Of a stretch of DNA of 64,000 nucleotides, positions 7,598 through 15,117 are shown piece after piece; positions within the stretch are counted from its first letter, which is position 1; every line of letters begins with the position of its first letter. The notes below the pieces were generated by a model. It made no database searches. It had not been told where the DNA came from and saw only the letters and a list, made by a program, of their open reading frames with translations. Both the position numbers and the translations under genes were made by a program. Source of the stretch: a virus (taxonomy: Duplodnaviria; Caudoviricetes); IMG/VR virus record IMGVR_UViG_3300026549_000064, positions 21,016-85,015 of that record; one strand, given 5' to 3'.

Positions 7598-10579
7598 TTA
7601 CGCCGGGTTAGTGATTTGGTTAGATACTATTTCATTTTGCTCAAGATCAGAAAAACGAACGGCGTATTCTGGATCAGGAGAGTATGATTTCAGGGAAAGT
7701 AACTTACTGACTGGAACTCCTTCGCCTTCTTTTCTTCCGCATCTGGGGCAGGTGTTATCAGGGAAGTAGCCTACATAGCCGCATACTGGATCACGATCAA
7801 CCGGATGATTGATAGCGAAGTAATTCATATTAGCATCGGCCATAGCAGTTACTAGTGCTTCAAATCCTCTGAGATTTTTAGTAGCATCTTCAGTAAGTTC
7901 GATATAGCTGATACAGCCGCCATCGCAGTACTGGTGATACGGTGCCTCTAACTGAATCTTATCCCAGGCGGTAATAGGGAAGTATACCGGAATGTGGAAC
8001 GAGTTAGTTAAATAGTCGTGATCAGTTACGCCTTTGATTACACCGAACTTAGCTCGTGTGAGTCTCAGTAGTCTGCCAGTACAACCTTCAGCAGGTGAGC
8101 CCATAAGAGCAAAGTTAAGCTTATACTTTCTAGCTGCATCTTTCATGCGATCGCTAAGGTGCCTGATTATCTCTAAGCCTAATTCTTGTGAATCAGAAGA
8201 TTCGCCATGATGCTTGCCGGTAAGTACCTTAAGTGTTTCAGCTAGTCCGATGAAGCCAAGAGTCATACTGCCTTGCTTAAGAATCTCAGTAATCTTATCT
8301 TCGTTGAGCAACTTTTCACTGCCAATATACAGATGTTGCCCCATTAGGAATGGATAATTCTTAGCTTTACGGTTACTGATAAATTTCACACGATCAAGTG
8401 ATAAATCGATGATATCGTCAACTCGTTTATCAACGAGTTCCATAAACTTATCGTACATTGCATCAGGTATATCTGCTGTTGCTGATCTAGCTTCCAGCGC
8501 AAGATAAGGTAAATTCAGCGTAGTAAAAAATAGATTACCTCTGCCAGTTACCTGTTGATGCTCCGGATCGTATACATTTCCGATAGTTCTGGTTCTGCAG
8601 TTATGGCTAACAATAACACCTACGTCAAACCTATCGCTTTCAGTTTCGAAATCGTAGCCGTGCTCGGGTATATCTTTCTCTAATACACTAACATGCATAA
8701 CTTCGAGCATAGTGTACTTAGCTGGCCTGCCGGGAAATTCATAGATCGACATAGCGTTAGCTGGAATAAGATTACCTTTCTTAAGATCTTTAGTTAGAGT
8801 TCTGGTAAAGGTTTTCTTATGCATTTCTTCCATCTTGCCAGTAAATATAGGAAGAGGATGATCGTCAGTTACTAGTAGCTCACCGTATGCGACGTGCCCG
8901 ATAAGTGTGCCAGTTACATCGTATTTGTTAACCGCATAGTTAATACGAACCCATTTGGTTTCTTTGTTCGTATCAAAAATCATGAACTTCTTAACTTTAG
9001 TATTGCAGCCTTTGATACTATCGCTAATGAATACAGTCGGTTTAAGCTCAATATACTTAGTATCTTGATCGAATACTTTGTATTCGTTAGTAGTAGCATA
9101 ATTGTGATTAAGTAACCACTTACCAGCTTCGGAAATATCTCCAGTGTAAGTTTCACCGTAGTCGGTGTAGAGAGTTACTTTACCCTCGGCGATAGCACCC
9201 ATCGTGGCAATCTCAGTTTCAGGGTGACCTGGCTTGTAATACTTAAGATTGTACGGAGCATCTACATTTTCGAAATTAGGGAAGAGCCTCTTAGCCGAAA
9301 CTTTACAAGCTAACTGATAAAGATCGTAGTTAATACTGCCTCTATCATTTATTCCTTTCTTCATCTTGAAAATAGAAATCGGAAAAATAGCAGTTTCACC
9401 ATTACCAAGGCCGCGATCAACAGCCAAAAGTAAATTCTTAGAAACCATGCGTCCTTCTTCTGTTGTGCACGTTCCGAAATTAACACTGGAGAATGGGACT
9501 TGTCCTCCCGATCTGGAGTTGAGCGTACAGAGGTTGTGAACCATCGCTTCCATAGCTTGGAAAGTATCATTTTCAGTTTCTCTACGAGCATATTTGTGTA
9601 GGCTCGAGAGACTAGCTGCGCAGTCGACGCCGTGCACTGTAAAACGAATACCGTCAATTAAGTCATTTAAGAACCACATACCTTTTTCATCGAGAATAGT
9701 ATCGTGCTTCTCGATGTAGCGATCTGCTGGCTCAATTAACTTAGTCTTGAAAGCATCTGAATCATAATCGCAGTGAGCTTCGAGGTACTTAGCTGCGTTA
9801 CGTACATATGACTTGGCTACATACGGAGCGAGATCATAATCGAGGGTAGGTATGGCCTGCCCGCCAAACATGTCGTTCTGATTACTCTGGATAGCTATGC
9901 ACGCTAAGGTAGCTGCAGAGCGTATGCTTGCTGGGGTACGGAGATAACCGTGACCGGTAGCGAAGCCATGCTTGAGTAACTGCCCAAGAGGAATCTGAAG
10001 GCAATTCATCGTAAGAGCATAAAAGTCAAGATCGTGGATGTGGATAACTCCATCACGATGAAGCTTAGCATACTCAGGCTTAATCAGATTGTTGAGATTG
10101 TATTCCTTAGTAATAGTACCACCAATCTTGAGCATAGCACCCATCGTGCTATCGCCGTTGATGTTGGCATTTTCTCGTTTAGCATCAAGATCCTTACTAT
10201 CAACCATAACCAAATCGGTGATAGTTTTATTAACTACACTGTTAGTGTTACGTGCTCTGGTTCTGTTATCACGATACAGGATGTATGCTTTAGCAGTCTC
10301 ACTGTAGTTACCACGAATAAGAGCCTTCTCTACATTGTCTTGAATACGTTCGATATCATAAGGTTTATCAGCAACGCATTCTCTGGCGATAGCTGCTTCT
10401 ACATCGAATCTTATAGTTAAAATGGCTAAGTCGCTGAGACAAGTTTTAGCTGCCTGAGAAGCTGCTCTAATGGCGTTCTCGATCTTTTTACCATCGTAAG
10501 GAACAACACGCCCATCACGTTTCTTGACACTAATCTTACTAAGAGACTCATCAAGTGAGTTATCAAAAGCACCGTCCAT
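7598..10579 (-). CDS. nrdD: Anaerobic (class III) ribonucleoside-triphosphate reductase with N-terminal ATP cone and an intein
   Basis: ATP cone (KKRDGRVVPYD...AKAYILYR), IHIHDLD, PIFPI-like AIFPISIF, MG|CRTR active-site loop, C-terminal Zn ribbon DPVCG...CPRCG. Confidence 0.95.
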   Translation of the reverse strand: MDGAFDNSLDESLSKISVKKRDGRVVPYDGKKIENAIRAASQAAKTCLSDLAILTIRFDVEAAIARECVADKPYDIERIQDNVEKALIRGNYSETAKAYILYRDNRTRARNTNSVVNKTITDLVMVDSKDLDAKRENANINGDSTMGAMLKIGGTITKEYNLNNLIKPEYAKLHRDGVIHIHDLDFYALTMNCLQIPLGQLLKHGFATGHGYLRTPASIRSAATLACIAIQSNQNDMFGGQAIPTLDYDLAPYVAKSYVRNAAKYLEAHCDYDSDAFKTKLIEPADRYIEKHDTILDEKGMWFLNDLIDGIRFTVHGVDCAASLSSLHKYARRETENDTFQAMEAMVHNLCTLNSRSGGQVPFSSVNFGTCTTEEGRMVSKNLLLAVDRGLGNGETAIFPISIFKMKKGINDRGSINYDLYQLACKVSAKRLFPNFENVDAPYNLKYYKPGHPETEIATMGAIAEGKVTLYTDYGETYTGDISEAGKWLLNHNYATTNEYKVFDQDTKYIELKPTVFISDSIKGCNTKVKKFMIFDTNKETKWVRINYAVNKYDVTGTLIGHVAYGELLVTDDHPLPIFTGKMEEMHKKTFTRTLTKDLKKGNLIPANAMSIYEFPGRPAKYTMLEVMHVSVLEKDIPEHGYDFETESDRFDVGVIVSHNCRTRTIGNVYDPEHQQVTGRGNLFFTTLNLPYLALEARSATADIPDAMYDKFMELVDKRVDDIIDLSLDRVKFISNRKAKNYPFLMGQHLYIGSEKLLNEDKITEILKQGSMTLGFIGLAETLKVLTGKHHGESSDSQELGLEIIRHLSDRMKDAARKYKLNFALMGSPAEGCTGRLLRLTRAKFGVIKGVTDHDYLTNSFHIPVYFPITAWDKIQLEAPYHQYCDGGCISYIELTEDATKNLRGFEALVTAMADANMNYFAINHPVDRDPVCGYVGYFPDNTCPRCGRKEGEGVPVSKLLSLKSYSPDPEYAVRFSDLEQNEIVSNQITNPA
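8600..9196 (-). mobile_element. Mini-intein (199 aa, Ala1, no homing endonuclease) in NrdD
   Basis: Insertion between MG and CRTR. Block B TDDHP, block F GYDFET, block G VSHN followed by Cys+1. Confidence 0.9.
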
Positions 10580-10723
10580 TGTGATAGTTACCTCTATAGA
10601 TTTTGGATTAAGTCACATTACATCAGGGATAAATAATAATCCGCTCAGAAGATGACGAATAGAGTCTTCAAATAAAAAATGAAAATAGATCGTTCTAGCC
10701 CTAGAATAGGCTAGAACGACTGA

Positions 10724-11164
10724 TTAGATAGGATATTCGTTGCTCACTAGCCTGCCGGTAGGTAAAGCAAGCAATTCAGTAATACAATCAGTGAAATTAT
10801 CTTTTAATTTGAGTTGTATTTTATCGTAGTGTAATAACTCATCTAAAGTAGCGAATGCTTCGTAGATGTCGGCTAGTGTAGTATCGAGTTTCTCACGAGG
10901 TGTATACGCAGTTAGCTGTAATAAGCTATCTATCATAACACTAGTTCGTATGTTTAGTATGTCAGCTATACGTTTAGCTAATGCGTTATCCCGTATAATA
11001 CATTCCAGATAATTCTGTAAAGTTAACTGAGACTGAACGAACCTAGGCAGTTCTGAACGTACTATATTTTCATTGGGTCTTAACCAGTATTCCTCCGGTA
11101 TTTCTTTATCGTCGTGTATAGAGATCCATAGCAGCATCCGTATAACTTTTTCGGTGTTAAACAC
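10724..11164 (-). CDS. Hypothetical protein (146 aa)
   Basis: GGAGG SD, GTG start; lies between nrdG and nrdD. Confidence 0.7.
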   Translation of the reverse strand: MFNTEKVIRMLLWISIHDDKEIPEEYWLRPNENIVRSELPRFVQSQLTLQNYLECIIRDNALAKRIADILNIRTSVMIDSLLQLTAYTPREKLDTTLADIYEAFATLDELLHYDKIQLKLKDNFTDCITELLALPTGRLVSNEYPI

Positions 11165-11214
11165 AACAACACCTCCAGTAAGAGTGGGTTATGAATGACT
11201 ATAGCATTGCTTTT

Positions 11215-11751
11215 TCAGCACTGTTCTTCGTCAAATTCTTTAGTTCTATCGATAAGAGATACGTTTCCAGAATCGTTTATATATGCAGTTGCAATCCGTT
11301 GGTTACGGCTACCTCTGAATTTAAGCGTAGTATCACGTTCGGCTAAGATAAATGGATCACACACAATGTATTTGAATGCAGTGATGAATCGAATAAATTC
11401 TGGCGATAGCTGAGTAAACGATTCTAACTCTTCTAAAGTGTAGCCAGTATAAAGCATGAGACCATATTTAGCAGTTTGTAATTTTTCTATTAGAGGAAGA
11501 AGTTCTTTGTACTGATCAACAGGCTCGCCGCCTGAAATAGTTACTTCAGTATCAAGTTTATTGCTAGTTATCTCGGTGAAAATATCATCAGCAGTCATAT
11601 CTTTACCAGCACCGACTTTCCATGTTTCAGGATTGTGACAGCCTTTACAGCCATGCTTGCAGCCCTGGACAAATACAGTGCAACGAACACCTGGGCCGTT
11701 AGCTAAATCGTTGTGAATAATACCAGCTATGTTAATCATAACTACCTCCAT
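11215..11751 (-). CDS. nrdG: Anaerobic RNR activating enzyme (radical SAM)
   Basis: NGPGVRCTVFVQGCKHGCKGCHN (CxxxCxxC), ISGGEP, LYTGY, RGSRNQR motifs. Confidence 0.95.
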   Translation of the reverse strand: MEVVMINIAGIIHNDLANGPGVRCTVFVQGCKHGCKGCHNPETWKVGAGKDMTADDIFTEITSNKLDTEVTISGGEPVDQYKELLPLIEKLQTAKYGLMLYTGYTLEELESFTQLSPEFIRFITAFKYIVCDPFILAERDTTLKFRGSRNQRIATAYINDSGNVSLIDRTKEFDEEQC

Positions 11752-11859
11752 GTAAAACTATATAAAATATATACTAAATAAACATCTACGAAAAAAAAAT
11801 AAACAGGGGAGTTTCAGCTTTTTGGCATCCCCTGTTTTTTTTTTTGTTAGCTGGCAGAG

Positions 11860-12273
11860 TTATCTCTGCCAGCCGAAATAATGATACAATTCTTCAGTGA
11901 GGTACTCACTCTTCTTCTTCAGAAGAAGTTCCCCACTTCTGTTATAACAAAAGACAGTGTCCCCCCAGCTATGCTTGCTAGGTATGTATCTTCTGGTAAT
12001 TGCGCGGACTATATCAGCATCCGAGAATACCTTGGGCTTACTGCCCTCGAGGGTATACCTACCCTCGCCATGCCGGAGAACCCAGGCATTCTGCCCAGTG
12101 CGTACATACGCACTGAGTTCGTAGATCGCCCCGAATTTCGGGGCGAGCTCTATTGCGTTACGGTCCTCCTGCCCTAAGGAAGTTACCTTGCTGGCTTCAC
12201 GAACAATACGCGCTACGCGAGCGCGTATGCTGTTGATTCTCCGGAAGTTGATAGGTCTTACAATTCTATCCAT
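11860..12273 (-). CDS. Basic hypothetical protein, paralog B (137 aa, MDRIVRP...)
   Basis: Same AAGGAG-N7-ATG start and same C-terminus (LYHYFGWQR) as 2320..2730. Confidence 0.75.
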   Translation of the reverse strand: MDRIVRPINFRRINSIRARVARIVREASKVTSLGQEDRNAIELAPKFGAIYELSAYVRTGQNAWVLRHGEGRYTLEGSKPKVFSDADIVRAITRRYIPSKHSWGDTVFCYNRSGELLLKKKSEYLTEELYHYFGWQR

Positions 12274-12342
12274 AATAATTCTCCTTGCTCTTTCGAGCAT
12301 TAATTAAAACTGGATTTCGGTTTTACCCTATTCTCCACTTAA

Positions 12343-12371
12343 ATGATATATATATATATAAAATTGACGAA
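12343..12371 (-). promoter_or_regulatory. Early promoter variant TTCGTCA-N12-TATATATCAT
   Basis: As at 2801, with a longer TA run. Confidence 0.55.
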
Positions 12372-12433
12372 CACTTTACAAGTTAGCTGGCTTATATAAG
12401 CCAGCTAACCGTTGGTACTAAGATATATGCAAA

Positions 12434-13339
12434 TTAGTATTTCTTGCAAAGTTCGAATAAATCACGGATAGGTTTGTACTTATCGTTGTTAAGTACATCT
12501 TCTAGATTGGTTACTTTATTTGATTTAGTTTTCTTATCCGTTCCTGCAGCACTGATATATGCCTGATATCGTTTTTTATCATTTCTCAGCCATGCTTTCT
12601 TGTACTTTTTCAGAGCTAGGATGGGAACTTTAGCATAGTCAATAGAGTTATACTCCTTATCAGTTATGTGGTGCTCTACGATATCGAGTTTCTTACGCAG
12701 GCTAACACAAATTTTACGATATTCGGAGACTCTCATTTTCTGCTTGTTGCTATTGATCCAGTCAATGAATTCTTTAGCAATAGCTCTAGTACGACTCGAT
12801 GAAGTATTGATACTAGGCAACCATTTTCCCAGTAGTGACGGTTGCTCACTTTTCAAATCATTTTGCATAACGTTGTATGCGTAGTTGTAAAGAAAATCGA
12901 TCAGTACTTTAGCCCGATACGCATTAGCGGTATCTTCCTGCATGTCACAAAAATCATTAGCTGCTGCAACTAATTCAAAGATATCGTCATAACGACCATA
13001 TCGGTTAATTAATGTAGCAACTAATTTGTTAACAAGATATTTAGAAAAATAATAACCATTGTGGCAAAGTACTTTAGCGAGATAGTAAATATAAATGAAA
13101 TAAAACATCTCTCGACTGCCACAACCACCAGCCCGATCTCTCATGTAAGCTAAGATGATGGCTACCTTAATGTAGCCTTCATCATCTTCGGAGTCTGAGT
13201 CACAAATGTTATCGATACGTGCAAAAGTGCTGCTTGCTGTGCAGAGCCATCTTGACTGACGTACTTCCTCAAATAAATTCTGTAAAGATTCAGTAACTGA
13301 CTCCTGCTTAATTTTCTCAAGTATATCATTCTGCGGCAT
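12434..13339 (-). CDS. DUF2828-family (TROVE/Ro60-like) protein, short form lacking the vWA domain
   Basis: Family-typical motifs YMRDRAGGCGSRE, RYGRYDDI, SLLGKWLPSINTSS, EYRK...LDIVE, IDYAKVP..A.KKY. Confidence 0.7.
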   Translation of the reverse strand: MPQNDILEKIKQESVTESLQNLFEEVRQSRWLCTASSTFARIDNICDSDSEDDEGYIKVAIILAYMRDRAGGCGSREMFYFIYIYYLAKVLCHNGYYFSKYLVNKLVATLINRYGRYDDIFELVAAANDFCDMQEDTANAYRAKVLIDFLYNYAYNVMQNDLKSEQPSLLGKWLPSINTSSSRTRAIAKEFIDWINSNKQKMRVSEYRKICVSLRKKLDIVEHHITDKEYNSIDYAKVPILALKKYKKAWLRNDKKRYQAYISAAGTDKKTKSNKVTNLEDVLNNDKYKPIRDLFELCKKY

Positions 13340-13364
13340 GAGAGAACTCCTTGCTATATGTTAA

Positions 13365-13665
13365 AAGATGCGTGCTCAGCTAGCTGAGCACGCAGCAACT
13401 AGACACGATGAAGATGCCTCGAGATGCCCTAGGAGGATGACATCTCTGCAGAGCTTCCTTCACTACTTCTGAGTGATTATCTGCTGATCTCGTGCCTAAA
13501 GGGAACTGTAACACCAGTACCTAGATACTAAGGAGTATGCATGTGTGGTGATTTGCAGTGCTGTATGTACCTAATAGTGTTATAATTCCGATAGACTCAG
13601 TGGTGTGTTGTTCAGGCGAGAACGGCCAAATCTCTGCCAATTTACTGAGTCTAAAATATATTAGA
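13365..13665 (-). ncRNA. Candidate structured non-coding RNA or leader upstream of the DUF2828 gene
   Basis: About 400 nt without a credible ORF. Contains a 10-bp stem UAGACUCAGU/ACUGAGUCUA with a nested stem, GAGAUGUC/GGCAUCUC (G-U), and a 26-nt palindrome followed by UCUUUU. Confidence 0.4.
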
Positions 13666-13747
13666 CTACTAATAAAAAAGTATACTTAACTAAATTAAAG
13701 CATAAAAGTCATATGATATGACCTTTAGATTATAGGAGTAGCTAACT

Positions 13748-15109
13748 ATGCCAGCTAACGGTGATACTGATTATACATTATCGGGTATAAATTTAACCGA
13801 TATAGACGATATGTATACTTATAAGAAAAACAATATACAGTACGGCACGCCAGGCACATTTCTCCATAACCCGACTCTTTGGCAACAATTTGCAGAAAGC
13901 ATACTAGATGCTTCGTTTAGATTCATGGGAAATGGCGGTTATAATAACACCATTCAGAATTTTATATCTAAACTAGATCACCACGGCTCTGCTTATGTTC
14001 CGGTTAACATAATGAATTATGGTTATACGTTTATAACCAGACCTAGATTAAATATGACTACCGGTAATCTTCATCAGCATCCCGTGCTGTCGCTTCTTGC
14101 AACTAAAAATGAAAGGTCTATAGCATTCGCTATTAGAATGCTTTTGGATACTTGCCTTTCTAGAGGATTTGAACCATTCGCTTACGGCCACCCTAATCGG
14201 GATCGTGGTAAGACACTAGACCAAGCTGAGCTTGGCGAGCTAGCAGCTAAGAATATTCTAGTTGATACTCGTAACCCATTCTTTACGCCGTTGTGTAACG
14301 GGTTGCGTGGCATTACTGGATTTCCTGATTTCAATATTGTCGATCAGACTTTAGGCGAAGATTTTCATAGCGGCGATATGACGATAGTTAAAGGTGCCGA
14401 GCTATTTAACCGTACACAGGAATTGTCATTAGAATTTGTAGATATACAAGGTTCTGTTATTTTATCATGTTTCTTCTATTGGTGCTTATATATGGCACTT
14501 CAGACTAAGAATATCGTGATGGCTTATCCTGATGATATCTACGAACAGAGATTGAATTATACTGTATCTATTTATAGATTCATCACTGATCACACTCGCA
14601 GAAATATTCTCTGGTGGTGTAAAGCTACGGGTTGCTTCCCTAAGTCAGCACCGATAGGAGCCATCTTTAATATAAATCAGGGTGATGTAAGTATATCCGC
14701 CGCTAAGAATTTTTCTGTACCTTTTGCTGCTAACTGTATAGAATATAACGATCCTGGTATCATTTATGATTTCAAACGTTTAATGCGTAGATATAATAAA
14801 AACTTTGATAGATTTCAGATAATCTCGGAAGATACATCACCGGCGATCAATGGCAGCCAGCCTGATGCGTATCGAGCACGTACTCTTACCAGTAATAACT
14901 TTATAGGTCTTCCTGATATTGTTGACGGTGGTTCCGATAATGGATTTGGCGGTCTTCGTTTGGTCTGGCGCGAAGATCCGGCTAAACTTGCTAAGAATGA
15001 AGACGTGATGGCTACTGTGAAGAGACAGCTATCGGCTGCTGAATCTGCGTTAATAAGTGATAGAGGTTCTTCAATAAATGAGGCTGCTACTCAGCTGCAT
15101 AAAATTTAA
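13748..15109 (+). CDS. Virion/baseplate structural protein (phiKZ gp88-like)
   Basis: YTFITRPRLN and WYASVYRF-like YTVSIYRF/TGCFP motifs; paired with a ~980-aa gene as in phiKZ-like phages. Confidence 0.55.
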   Translation: MPANGDTDYTLSGINLTDIDDMYTYKKNNIQYGTPGTFLHNPTLWQQFAESILDASFRFMGNGGYNNTIQNFISKLDHHGSAYVPVNIMNYGYTFITRPRLNMTTGNLHQHPVLSLLATKNERSIAFAIRMLLDTCLSRGFEPFAYGHPNRDRGKTLDQAELGELAAKNILVDTRNPFFTPLCNGLRGITGFPDFNIVDQTLGEDFHSGDMTIVKGAELFNRTQELSLEFVDIQGSVILSCFFYWCLYMALQTKNIVMAYPDDIYEQRLNYTVSIYRFITDHTRRNILWWCKATGCFPKSAPIGAIFNINQGDVSISAAKNFSVPFAANCIEYNDPGIIYDFKRLMRRYNKNFDRFQIISEDTSPAINGSQPDAYRARTLTSNNFIGLPDIVDGGSDNGFGGLRLVWREDPAKLAKNEDVMATVKRQLSAAESALISDRGSSINEAATQLHKI

Positions 15110-15117
15110 TTTGGAGT

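Larger units (their letters stand above)
11790..12371 (-). repeat. Duplicated promoter-gene-terminator cassette, copy 2
   Basis: Homologous to 2257..2830. Confidence 0.9.

Noticed and set aside
7515-7769. Plus-strand 84-aa ORF and the many other short antisense ORFs in the track (e.g. 32410..32913, 56648..57007)
   Set aside because: They are shadows of well-supported opposite-strand genes, with no SD and composition explained by the sense codons
8600-9196. Class 3 intein or homing endonuclease-containing intein
   Set aside because: No WCT triad, and 199 aa leaves no room for LAGLIDADG or HNH motifs
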